Below, piece by piece: positions 1 to 11,459 of a DNA stretch of 64,000 nt. The position numbers and the translations under genes were made by a program. The stretch is from Hydrolagus affinis (Eukaryota), in assembly GCA_012026655.1 (NCBI GenBank), contig JAAILG010000785.1:1-64000 (forward strand), written 5' to 3'. The notes under the pieces were generated by a model that saw nothing but the letters and a program-made list of their open reading frames with translations, ran no database searches and had not been told where the DNA came from. Each line of letters opens with the position of its first letter. Position 1 is the first letter of the stretch.

Positions 1-24
1 GGCTGAGGGTGTGAATTTCAGTAG

Positions 25-179
25 GGGGCGGGGCTAGCCCAGCTTCTGCCATCAAACATGGCATTGCCAGGGAGGACTGAGCATGCGCAGCGAGTGCTGG
101 GATTGTAGTTGTTGACGGGCGGCGGCGGCGTTTCTGGGAATCAGAGCCCAAGACCTGGGAACTACAGCTCCCAGACTGC
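25..179 (+). promoter_or_regulatory. CpG-rich housekeeping-type promoter of the NACC gene
   Basis: GC box GGGGCGGGGC 25-34; NRF1-like TGAGCATGCGCA 78-89; two oppositely oriented ZNF143/THAP11-type motifs: minus-strand AACTACAATCCCAGCAC 94-110 and plus-strand ACTACAGCTCCCAGACTGC 161-179. Confidence 0.7.
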
Positions 180-278
180 CCCGCGGGTGGCCGGCAGAGA
201 TGGGAGCCAGGAGCTGAGCTAGAGAGAGAGAGAGAGACTCACTTCCCCCGGCGGGCAGGTGGCCCCAGCACAGCTCAG
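180..278 (+). other. Putative non-coding leader exon of NACC gene (start uncertain)
   Basis: Follows the promoter motifs and ends at donor CAG|GTGAGG (GT at 279-280); mammalian NACC genes have a non-coding first exon. Confidence 0.45.
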
Positions 279-1719
279 GTGAGGAGGGTGAAAGGCGGTA
301 TATAAATGTAACTTATTACAGTTTACACTAAAATGTGTAAGGGGAGGCTGGTGCATTTGTAGGGGAGCAGTGAGTGGGGTGGGGGGTGTTGGCAGCTGCT
401 GACAGGATCCTGCCCTGAGTTCAGGCTCTCGCTCTCTCTCTCTGGATGAAAATTGCACAGTTTCTAATCGTAGACAGGAGCCGGACAGAGACACACACAG
501 AGACAGAGAGATAATCATATATTCGCGGAGATCTCCCCCCACCCCCCCTACCCCCCACCACACACACACACACAGAAACAGAGAGACACTCATACATTCA
601 CAGAGAGAGAGAGACCCCCCCCCACACACACACACACAAAATTACAGATTCATATAGTACATTCAGAGAGGATGTCTCAAACCACTTCACAGCATATACT
701 GTAAAGTCTTGTGATTGTGTGTTTAACACTTTTCAGCTATTTGAAACTGAATTTAACAGTTTTAATAAAATTCTGGATGCTACGGAAATGTGGTTAATCC
801 AGACGGAGGTGTGGGATTTCTCCCCCAACAAAAAGATAGAGAGTTGGGGAACTATAACAAGAAGAAAAACAGCAATGTTAAAATAGTTGTTAATTTCCAC
901 AGCGTGTTTGCTGAACGCCTATATTTGTTGACTATTGTTTGCTGTGACTTTAAAGGGAGACAATGCTTGGGTTGATTTCTTTTTGATTTACCTGAGTGAT
1001 TCTGGGTCTATGTATTTTCCTTTTAGAAAGGTCAGCTGTGGTTTTAATTCACTCGCCAGCCACTTTGTTGCCGCAAAGCTAAACTGGCAAAAACAAATCA
1101 CAGGGGTTTTTGGTACATCCTGCAAATGCTGGCTGTCATCCCATGTTATCCCAGCAGAGAGGCTCAGGTATTCCCAGATGCTGGTGGGGAGCAGGTTGGG
1201 AGCCCTGTTCAAGAGAATCGCTCGCTCTGTTTTTTGGGTGTCAGCTGGGTGTCTGATATGAAGAAACCATTAGGCACAGGTGGCAGGAGCCAAGGCTTGG
1301 GAAACCCAGAATGTGGGTAACTGGGTAAGAGTCAATAACTGATTGAGTCTAACCAGCTAAAACTGCATAGCTTGGGATTCATATCGCTGTCTGGCAATCT
1401 TTCCTGTTGCTTGTCCAGCAAGGACCACCCTACCCATCAGGGCTTTGGCTTCCAGGGTTAACAGAAGCTGAGTGGAATGATTCCCTGCATCCAGTGACTA
1501 GTCTTCCCTTCCAGGTCCTGCTGAAGAACCAAGCTGTGCTTCTAGCAGTGTCCTGGAATATTGAGAACCTGCCTGCCTCAGGAACTGGATTACTGAGAGT
1601 ACCACAGAGAGCTGGCTCGATTCCAAAATTCTGTTGCCAAGTTTGTCACCTTGGAGCTAGTTCAGCTTCAAGAAGACCCCACTTACCTCCCCCCCTAAGG
1701 AGGATAGACAGCCCAGCTT

Positions 1720-1880
1720 GATTACTTGCATTCTCGCCACTAATTCAGAAGGTTGTTGGGATCAAGTCCCACAACAGCTTTGAGCTCACAGTCCAGGCGA
1801 AGAGAACAATGCTGGGGGAGCACTGGGTGAGAGCTGCTGTACTTCAGATGAGACAGTAATCATCAGAGTTGATGTGTCAC
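1720..1880 (+). mobile_element. Degenerate Deu-domain SINE fragment
   Basis: tRNA-like head (TTCAGAAGGTTGTTGGGATCAAGTCCCAC) and core similar to copies at 48740 and 55445. Confidence 0.55.
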
Positions 1881-2130
1881 ATGCATTTTTTTTATTATAT
1901 GGTGACTAATTTTTTTTCTTCTTTCTCTCAATCACTCTTTCCTCTGATTCTCAATCAGTGCTCTTTCCACTCACTCTAGCAGTCTCTCTCTCTCATTCGT
2001 TCTCTCTCCTCTCATATCTGTCTCTGGTCCTTTCTCTCTCTCAACAACAAGTTACATTTATATACCGCCTTTGACCTTGGGAGGAGGTGATCTGTGATCG
2101 TGGCCGTGATCTGGTCGTTGTCTCCCCGCT

Positions 2131-2920
2131 ATGGCTCAGTCGCTGCAGTTGGAGATTGTGAACTTTGGGAACACGGTGCTGGAATGCCTGAATGAGCAGA
2201 GGCAGCAGGGCCTGTACTGTGATGTCTCAGTGCTGGTGAAGGGGCAGACATTCAAAGCCCACCGCAGCGTCCTGGCCGCCAACAGCGGATATTTCCGTGA
2301 GCTCTTCACCGGAAACAACCGGAATGTCTTTGAGCTGCCGGGCGCAGTGCATCCACAGAGCTTCCAGAACATTTTGACCTTTTGCTACACGGGGCGTCTC
2401 TGCATGACGGCGGGCGAGCAGTTTGTGCTGATGTACACGGCAGGTTTCCTGCAAATACAGCGCATCATGGAGAAGGGGACGGAGCTGCTATCGAAGGTCA
2501 GCTCCCCGCGTTGCGACTCCCAGGGGCTGATCGCCGAGGAACCCCCCTCCGAGCCTCATAGCCCTTCCCCTGCTGGCAGTCAGGGCTCATCCCTCCCACT
2601 CCCTCTCCTCTCTCGCATCAAAGTGGAGCTCGGCGACAGGGAGCCGGGGGCGGCTGGCAAACGGGGGTCGGAGGTCGGGTACCCCGGGGGGAAGCTGGCC
2701 CGTCTGGGGGGCTTTGAGGGTCCGTGCGGTATCGGTGTCGCTGTTTCCCACCAACTCCCCGACTTGAGCAGCCCTGGTGCTGGCAGCCTGCAGCACAGTG
2801 ACAGCCCCTTCTCTTACCAGAATGAGGAGGAGGAGGAAGAGGAAGGTCTGGAGGACATGAGCGAGGAGCAGTACGTGCAGATGTGCAGCATGTACAACTC
2901 TGCGAACGGGACACACGCAG
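2131..2920 (+). CDS. NACC: NACC-family (BTB/POZ + BEN) protein, coding exon 1: BTB domain, IKVE SUMO-type motif, acidic patch
   Basis: [50 protein letters not shown] matches the NACC1/2 N-terminus; donor CAG|GTAATC at 2921; 790 nt, phase 1. Confidence 0.96.
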
Positions 2921-3269
2921 GTAATCGTGTCTGCACTCTCTCCCTGCCCGCATACACTCTCTGCCCGCGCACACACTCTCTCCCTGCCTACGCGCACGCT
3001 CTCTCTGTGTACACATCCACTCACGTTCCCGCAATTCCAGGAATTCTCCCAGGATCCGAGTAAGGAAGTTGCCAACCTCCTCTCAGTGTGCTGAGCAGCT
3101 GATGTCAGCCCCAATCTGGGTCAAGTCTGGAATTGAGCCTATGTGTGGTGTGTGGGCGGGAGGGGGGTGGTGGGTGCAGGGATAGAGAGTGAGTTAATGT
3201 GTGCATGTGGGAGGGGGCGGGTTCAGTTTCCCCCTGGCTGTGCCGCTGACCCTGTGCTCTCTCTCTCAG

Positions 3270-3443
3270 TACCCCATGAGCGGCTGGAGGCTGTGGCTGA
3301 CCACACCGAGAGCCGGGCTCGGCTGCGGATCCGCCACGACCTGGCCATGCTGCCGGCCGACCTCATCAACCAGATTGGACACCGGTGTCACCACAGGCTG
3401 TACGTGGAGGGTGATCCAGCCGAGAAACTGGAGCTGGTGGCGG
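3270..3443 (+). CDS. NACC: NACC coding exon 2
   Basis: Acceptor CTCTCTCAG, donor G|GTGAGT; 174 nt; encodes [39 protein letters not shown]. Confidence 0.96.
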
Positions 3444-3642
3444 GTGAGTGAGTGTCTAACCCATGCTGACACTGACCTGAGAGTGTGGATGGACAGTGTA
3501 GGGGGAAGCTTCGCTATGTTTCTAACCCATGCACTAGGGAAGGATTCCATCTGCAATACTAACGCCTCTAACACTATTCAGTGTAAACATTGACAGAGCA
3601 GTAACCTCGGTGTGACTGGTGCTGACCTGGGTGTCTCTATAG

Positions 3643-3748
3643 GTACAGCTGTGTACATCTCCCGCACCCAGTTGATGAATTGCCACATCTGTGCTGGGAC
3701 ACGACACAAGGTTCTTCTCCGCAGGCTCCTGGCAGCGTTTTTTGACCG
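3643..3748 (+). CDS. NACC: NACC coding exon 3 (BEN domain)
   Basis: Acceptor TCTCTATAG, donor CG|GTGAGT; 106 nt; [36 protein letters not shown]. Confidence 0.96.
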
Positions 3749-3850
3749 GTGAGTAACCATAGCAACATCTCCAGGCAAGACTATTATGGTTTCATTCCCA
3801 GTGTGTCAACAGACTGAAACTAAACCATCATCGAAGGATTTTTTAAGCAA

Positions 3851-4001
3851 GGTATCTGAGACACGCAGAAACCCCATCACCGTGATTAGCCAGGAGTCTG
3901 ACACACACAGAAACCCGTCACCGTGATCAGCTGGTGTGTGACCTACACAGAAACATATCACCGATCAGCTGGGTATCTGACACATGCGGAAACTAATCAC
4001 C
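3851..4001. repeat. ~40-bp minisatellite, 4 imperfect copies
   Basis: Unit approx GGTRTCTGACACAYRCRGAAACCCATCACCGTGATCAGCT repeated in tandem in a NACC intron. Confidence 0.85.
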
Positions 4002-4775
4002 ACCCACAGATAAAATCTCCCCGTGTTTATATCTGTCAAAGCACTTAGCACTGTGCCTCTGGGGTGGGTGGCAGTTGTGGGGTGGGTGGGGGTGGTGGGG
4101 GGAAGATGACTGAAGGTGCATCCAAAGAGATGGGCCGTGAAGTAGGCGGGGAGCAAATTGAAGAGAATGGCGTTCCACAGTAGGATGGTTCTGGAGGGAC
4201 CCACTCTGTTACTTCCTGCTGCAGTTTCCAGTGAGGATCATGTTAGCTGTTAGGCTTTTGTTTGCAAAAATAACAGGATCTGAATGGGAAGAGTCTCAAT
4301 GACTGATCTGCCTCTCCCAAGTCCTGCCAATATGTCAGGATGGCTGGTAGGTATTGGGTTATATGATTACAATAAATCCATAGAAACTACACCTGAGCAA
4401 GCCAAACATTTCATGGTATCTGTGCTGGTGCTCACTCCCTCACTGGAGTTCTCATCCAATTCCCTGCTCTCTCCCCATCGTGTCACTGGAGCTCTCCAAT
4501 CCTAAAGTCCAGTCCCCTTGAAATTGTTGCCTGCTGTAAATTACTAAACTTTCAGTAAAAATTACTTACTTAGTTACTCTTGGCCTGAGACTAAATTAAA
4601 AAAAAAAAACTTGTGGCCTCAGGGTCAAAATGCACAGACTGGAACATGCACAGTGACATGAGCTGGAGTGTACTGCTGCCACCTTCCGGTATTAATAAGC
4701 ATCTCAATAATGAAAGTCCAATTGAACTGACCTGTAATGTGCTGCTTCATTCTGTTGTTGCTCCTGATCCAATAG

Positions 4776-4873
4776 GAACACTCTGGCGAACAGCTGTGGG
4801 ACAGGAATACGCTCCTCCCTTTGTGATCCCAGCCGCAAACCTCTGGATAGTCGCATTCTCAACGCCATCAAAG
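4776..4873 (+). CDS. NACC: NACC coding exon 4 (BEN domain)
   Basis: Acceptor CCAATAG, donor AAG|GTAAAC; 98 nt; [32 protein letters not shown]. Confidence 0.96.
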
Positions 4874-4958
4874 GTAAACGCGCTTTACACAGCACAGTGC
4901 AATAATAATTACTGTATAATTCCTCCCATTTGCTTCTTCGTTGAGTCCTGTAGCAGAA

Positions 4959-5940
4959 TCGTCACCTCGCTCTCCTCGCAAACAAGAGGAAATTGGGTTT
5001 AATTCCCTTACTCTCGACCGTTTCATCCTCCCACACAGCCTCTTCTCTCAGCTTAATTTTCGTGGACCTGCCCTTTCCTGTTTTGTATTTTACCTCTCCT
5101 ACCCATCAGCCCATGACCGAGGCCCTCCTGATTGGCTCGCACCAGCACCTCCATACCTCAGGTATTGGCAGCATCAACCTCCCACCTCACCAAACCAGTC
5201 AGGAACCGGGTGTCTTGTTTGATCCTCAACTATCTTCTCTCCCTCATATCCATGCGATGATCCACTCTGCCTTCCCTTATTACCTCCACAACATTGCCCG
5301 ACTCCACCACTACCTCACCCCTCAGTCCGCTGAAACGTTCATTCATGCCTTCATTACTCCCAGGATCAAGTAAGCCAATGCCCGCTTGTCGGGCTCCCCA
5401 GTTCCTCCCTCCATGGGCTGCAGATCATCCAGAACTCTGCAGTCCAAGTCCTCTCCTGCACCGGACTCCACTACCCTATCACCCCCATTCTCGCCCGACT
5501 CCACTGGCTTCCCATCACTCAGAGGATTCAATTCAAGATCCTGGTCCTCACCTTCAAAGCCCTACATGGCCTTGCCCCACCCTACCTCTATGACCGCCTA
5601 ATCCCTACCAACCTGTCCACTCCCTTGGTTCATTGGGCTCCAGCCTGCTCCACGTCCACCAACCCACCGCCACATCCTCAGCGGACGAGCCTTCAGCCAC
5701 TTTGCACCCAACCTGTGGAATTGCATCCCGCAAACCCTCTGCCTCACTCCCTCTCAAGCCTCCTTCAAGTCCCGCTTCAAGACCCTCTTCGATCATGCCA
5801 TCGGTCCTCCCCCTTCTCCCCCCTTGCCTTTACCTTCCCCAATCCCAGCTCGGGTCTGAAACACTGACTGTCCAGTGCCTTGATATGTCCTCCCAATGTG
5901 AAGGGAGCTATATAAATGCAATGTTGTTTTATTATTGTTA
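4959..5940 (+). mobile_element. 5'-truncated, decayed L2-clade LINE (ORF2 C-terminus plus tail)
   Basis: Frameshifted remnants GVLFDPQLSSLPHI..YYLHNIARL..AETFIHAFIT and LHWLP..RIQFKILVLTFKALHGLAP; tail GTGAAGGGAGCTATATAAATGCAA(TGT)n. Confidence 0.9.
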
Positions 5941-6128
5941 GTCCACACTCCTCTGCAAGGATTATTATTATTATTATACTATCAAATATACAATCAGAGG
6001 ATTATTATAATATGAGGGCAACAGGTGAAATGTACCTGAATTGGGGTTGTTAAGAAGAGCCCCTTGTTATTTTCCTCTACTTGACTTTTGACTCTCTCTC
6101 TCTCTCTTGCTCACTCGCTCGCTCCCAG

Positions 6129-6532
6129 TTTACAGCCAGAACTTTGCTCCGAACTTCAAAGAGAGCGAGATGAACGCCATCGCCGCAGACATGTGCACGA
6201 ACGCCCGGCGAGTGGTCCGCAAACACTGGATCCCCAAACTCAAGCTGATGTTGTCGGAGGGAGAGGGGGTCTACCGCTCCGTCATCACTGACCTGGCGGG
6301 TAGCGGCCTGTCTGAGGGGACACCCGGACACCACGACACAGAGCTGCCCGGCCCTGGGCACAGATACGAGCCGGTGAGCCACGACCCCCTTGGCATGGTG
6401 AATATCGGAGCAGGGCACAGATACGATGGCGGAGGCCACGATGGCGGAAGTGGGATGACAGGCAGGTATGACACAGGGATACACGATGCAGGGGAGGAGC
6501 TGGGCAGTGGGGGAATGGAGGCTCCAAACTAA
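6129..6532 (+). CDS. NACC: NACC coding exon 5 (end of BEN domain, Gly/His-rich tail, stop)
   Basis: Acceptor after CT tract ..CTCCCAG; [36 protein letters not shown]; TAA 6530-6532; total CDS 1572 nt = 523 aa. Confidence 0.96.
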
Positions 6533-7100
6533 CCTGAGTTCCAGGAGGTCAAACACCCATGGGTGACGTGGGCAGCCTGCCTCACTCACACCCTGCTTGG
6601 CTGGGATGGGGGAGTTGTAGTTGACGCAAGGTGGAGGAAAGGGGGTGTTGAAGGCGGTTTATTCAGTGGGCTGGAGAACTGCAATGTCATATTGATTAAT
6701 CTTTTGACTGCTGTACGTCTCATCTGGCTTTGGAGGAAATGCTGTTATCAGCACTAACCGAAGTTAAAACCCAAAGAATACAGTTGAGCTGCTATCTTCC
6801 CCCCGACCCCTCTCTCCGCCTGCCCAACTCTCCGTACACACTATCGTCGTAAACGGCCTGTATGTGGAGCTATTGACGTTGATCGTGATCACATTTTAAA
6901 ATATATATATAATCTACAAAGTAAACCAGGCTAGCAAGTTATAAAAGTCCCCATTTAAATGTCAACCCAATCAAAATGGTTTAGCTCCATTCTGGGGAGA
7001 AATGGGAACGCAACACCGTTAGTCTTCTGACACAAAAGCTTTAGAGCTGAGGTTCTGCTGCCTTTGAAGATCAGAAAGACTTGAAGGGAAAAGGAAGCAT

Positions 7101-7415
7101 AGAGTCTCGTAGCCTAAAGGTTAGAAGCCCGAAGGCCCGGGTTCCATTCCTCAGGGGGCGAAACCTTAGGCAAGTTTCCTTTCTCCACAGTTAGTTAATT
7201 GATTGGTGGATGCCTTTCCCCCCACCACACATACACCCCAAAAATTTAGTCATTCAATCCACGACAGTTTGTGGGACACAACACGATAGCTGCTGAACCC
7301 AATTGGCTGCCATGTTATGCCCCAAAATTACAGTCAAATCATTTTACAGTGTATTCTGTGAAGCGCTTTGAGACGTGTCAACATGATAAGCTGCTGTCTC
7401 AAATGCAAGGATTGC
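7101..7415 (+). mobile_element. tRNA-derived SINE (dominant family in window)
   Basis: A/B-box-like head, GAAACCTTAGGCAAGTTTCC, body TTTGTGGGACAC, tail CTGTGAAGCGCTTTGAGAC..AAATGCAAGGATT. Confidence 0.8.
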
Positions 7416-7789
7416 ATTTGAGACAGCGTATGCTTTAAAGTGTGTTTTAAAGTGATAGAGTGTGCTTTAAAATCAGAAAAGCTTGAAGGAAGGTGCAATG
7501 CTAAACCTTCCCTCCCACCTGCAGCAACACCGCTTCTCAGGAATGGGCTGAGGGGAGGGCGACAGGAGAGGAGTTTAAGCCTTGTAGGTAAAGAGACCCA
7601 GGCTTGGTGACACAATGCACCTCTTGAAGTCTGGGAGAGACTGGAACACACAGAGTAGAAATCACAGCACAGAGATAAACAGTAGAGATATGCGTCAATA
7701 TTTTAGGCCTGTCTTTTAATTCGAGGTAGCTGCTCAATTCAATTACTAATCGTCTGTCTATTTTGTTCTTATTAGTTTCCTTTTATTGA

Positions 7790-8170
7790 GAACTACAATT
7801 CACCCACAAAATATACTGTCAATTCACTTTACAGTATATTCACTTTACAGTATATTCTTTACAGTATATATACTTTACAGTATATTCTGTGCTAAGTGCT
7901 TTATCACATCTTTGAGACATTTGAAAGCAAAATATACAAGATATACTGTAATATACTGTAAAGTGGATTGACTGAGGATTTTGAGGGCAAAACACAGCAG
8001 CCGGTTTGTGCACAGCTGTGTCTCACAAACTGATTGACCAATTATATTTGGGAGATTGTTGGCCAGGACACTGCGAGGGAGAAACTCCCTTCCCTTTTCC
8101 AATAGTGCCATGGCATCGTTAACATCCACCTGAACAGGCAGAGGGGACCTCGGTTTAACATCTCATTGGT
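7790..8170. mobile_element. Tail-to-tail SINE fragments with expanded CTTTACAGTATAT repeats
   Basis: Plus-strand SINE 3' part with 4 tandem copies of CTTTACAGTATAT, then a minus-strand Deu-type SINE (AACATCCACCTGAACAGGCAGA). Confidence 0.7.
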
Positions 8171-9267
8171 TATGAGACCAATATGTAAAAGGCCAACTGT
8201 GTTCACTCTGCCTAACAGGGCTGTGTGCCCTGAACAAACCTGAGGAAGATTAGAGTTATTTTATACCGAGGTTTATAACATGGCGGCCTATATTGAATAT
8301 TAAAATCACGCCCTCTACAGTGTCCATTGAAACACACTGAAAGAACTCCCCACGTTCCCCATGCTGAACAGACCCACTGACCTTGGCCAACAGATGGCTT
8401 CAGCTCCGGACACTGAGCAAAAACAGCTTGATGGTGAAATGGGAAGAGGGTGGAGAGGGCGTTTGTGTGTGTGTGTGTGTGTGTGTTTGCTGGAATCATG
8501 AGATCAAATGGACCAAGAACCTTCTTCACCCAAACCTCTTGTGTGATCACTTTCAACCCGTCACAATATAAAACGCTGCAGCTCTCGGTTTTAAATTGTG
8601 TGTTAGGAATGTAGGTAAACTGGATTATTGAGAGGCCCCCAAACTTCTATAATGTACTGGTTTATATACACTTTGTAAAGCTGTTGACTTCTTGACTGTT
8701 AAGTGGTGCTGAAAGACACATCTCTTCCCCTGGTTGCCTGTGTCTGAGAATCCCTCTGTGCATGCCTGTAACATTGTACTGGTTCCCTGTGGCCTTACAA
8801 CAATGACAAAATTACATATATAGAGCGCTTTTCACGTTGGGAGGATGTCCCAAGGCGCTGACACACACACAGACAGACAGATAAACACACACATACAGAT
8901 ACATACAGACAGACACACACACACACACAAAATGGGACGTCTGCTAAATAGCATATTTCAAAGCCAGTCATTGTTGCCATGAGGTGGCCTTGCTCCATGC
9001 GAATAACAAGAACCAATCACACACGTCAACTAATTGTTCCTCTCGCAGCCCAGGTTGGGCGGTTACATGTCCTTTTATACCGTACACCAAACAACAACAA
9101 CAGATTACATTTGTACAGCGCCTTTCACATCAAGAGGACAGGATTAGATTGGGCTCTGATGATCCTGAGGTTACACATATTCTCAGGTCCGCCTTGAAGA
9201 ATTCACACTCGATAAGGCGCTGAGTGAAAAGTGGTCCCTCTGACACTGCACCCATCTAGTGAAATCT

Positions 9268-9343
9268 CTCACCAGCTAAGCGAGTGCTGTGAAGCGACAA
9301 GTCAGTTTGACATCAGTCGTATCAGAGGCTCAGTGTGGGCGAG
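9268..9343 (-). ncRNA. Candidate structured RNA element, copy 1
   Basis: 49/50 identical to copy 2 over 9290-9339 with unrelated wider flanks; folds as an irregular hairpin; family unknown. Confidence 0.4.
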
Positions 9344-9687
9344 CAAAGCATATAAGAATATTTAACACAAAAATAAATTCATGTCAATCCATTAATACAA
9401 CAACAGCAAAAGTTAATAATCCCACTTTTCAACCCATCTAATGTTGTTCCTACACTGAGGACCAGGGATTTGGATAACGACACCATTTGCAGTGACCCCC
9501 CGTCCTGCCCTCCACTTCCCCACCTGTCTCACTCGCCCACTGTGAGAGGCAGCCAACAAGAAGAAAACATGCTGTAAGTACAGGTGCCTTATCTCAGCAC
9601 CAGCGCTGTGTCTGTCAAGAGGGCTTTGGCAGAGAGGTACACTTCCTCCTTAACCACTGGAGAGAGGGGGGATGTGGGGAGAAATCG

Positions 9688-9762
9688 CACCAGCTATTTG
9701 AGTGATATGAAGCGACAAGTCAGTTTGACATCAGTCGTATCAGAGTCTCAGTGTGGGTGAGT
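9688..9762 (-). ncRNA. Candidate structured RNA element, copy 2
   Basis: Core ACUGAUGUCAAACUGACUUGU, 58 nt upstream of a strong acceptor (AG at 9657-9658). Confidence 0.4.
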
Positions 9763-11459
9763 GGCTGTTTAAACCACACACATATTGCCTGTAATATCTC
9801 CAAACACAATCAACTGTAACTAGATACTGTTGTCATGTAAACTTCTCATGTAGAAATGAGACGTTTAGTAATAAACCCCTGAACAAAGAAAGCTGGTTCT
9901 CTTTATTCTTCCACACGCTCAGGTTTCTCTCAAAAACAAATTATTTTCAAGTGTAGTGACTGTATTTGTAGCAAAGGTATTTGACCAAAAGCAGAGGGAC
10001 TGAGGCAGAGAGTTCTATAGTTTTGGGGAGCAGTGTCTGAAAGCACGGTCACTGATGGTGGAGGGCACAAGGGAAAGTCAGGAGACCAGGCCTGTGGGCA
10101 GGATAGAAACTGGGTTGGAGGGAGAGGTGTGAGCGAAGTTGTTGGCAGCAATGTGGATAGAAGGAAACTGCACTTAAAGTAGATAATGTGTGTGCGGATT
10201 GCATCAAATTTCCCCCCCTCTTAAAATCCCTGTTGCTGATTTTCTGCACTGCTGAACACAGGTAATCTCCGGTGGGGGAACACAAAAGCTCAATTATCCC
10301 AAATCTGAATACAGTAGTAAAAGTTTATTTCAGAACTAATGGGTAACAATTTGTGGTATTAAAAATTCTGTGGAGCAGAATAAGACATAAAGACAATACA
10401 ATATAAAATTTCACAACACTGAGGTCAAAGCCCCCCCATCGTCACAAGACCAAGAGATCGAGAAAGAGAAAACAGCGATCCAAGCCACATTGCCACCCAG
10501 GTTAATGTTACATCACAACGGAACAAGGCAAGTACAGACAGGATAAAGACAAATTGTTAGAGAACTTCAGAAAAAGTACAGTAATAGGAATGTCAGAATA
10601 TCCTAATATGTGGAACCTGCAATAATCCCATCCCAAAATATAGTAGACTGTAATCCTGATGCGATAAAAATAATTGTGCATTTCTCGAAGGATGGATTGC
10701 CATCATTTCAGATTTTTGGGGGATCAGATTTGTTCAACTGAAACCGTTTCCAATTTCTTGATGTTTTTTTAAAAAAAATTGTAACGTTAAAGGCACATCT
10801 CTCCCCTTCCTTCCACCAGGTCTTCTCACAGTACAACATGCTGTGATTCCCCAATGCTAAAAAGCACCCAATTATGTATATAATTCACAGTCAAACTGGA
10901 ACAACTTTTGATAAAAGCAGTGAGCATTGAAAAAACCCCGAGGGAAAGCATTGGTGACTAGTAACATAATAAGGACCCCTTTATTCAGGTCAACAACAAA
11001 ATTGCATTTTTTTGGTTGCATTTTTAGACCTTTGATGTTTGGAAAACTTTAAAAAAACAAGAGTCTCTTATTTGAGGTGTAATACTGATCACCAGCCATT
11101 GATAACTGATAAGAAACACTGGATATTAGCCTACAACAGAAAGGTTCACTGGTGTCATTGTTTGGAAAGGAGAGGCTGTGACATACAGTCTCTTATTGTG
11201 TGATGGTTCAGGACACAGGCAGAAACTCTTTGAATTGTTTTGAGAAGGTCAGAAAATAAGAAAACCACCGTAAGAGCAGCACACACACAAAATCTTATAT
11301 AGACACACACTTGTGATAATGGGAAAAGCATCTCAGGAGAACATGTGCAGTACACAACTCCAACCTTTGTATTGGAAAATCATTGATCTGTCATAACTCA
11401 CATGACTCGAGTCTGAGAGCCGACCAATAGGTCAGCACATAGATCCCAGACGACAATAG

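Noticed and set aside
219-635. 138-aa and other ORFs over CA/GA microsatellites or purine tracts (also 22047, 24424, 60830)
   Set aside because: Low-complexity artefacts without domain similarity.
2921-3063. ORF-track extension of NACC exon 1 ([12 protein letters not shown]..)
   Set aside because: Read-through into an intron microsatellite; homology stops at the 2920 donor and resumes in phase at 3270.
9299-9313. ERE-like inverted repeat AAGTCA-n3-TGACAT
   Set aside because: The spacer is 6 nt in copies 3/4 and this does not explain the fixed distance to acceptors; kept only as a minor alternative.
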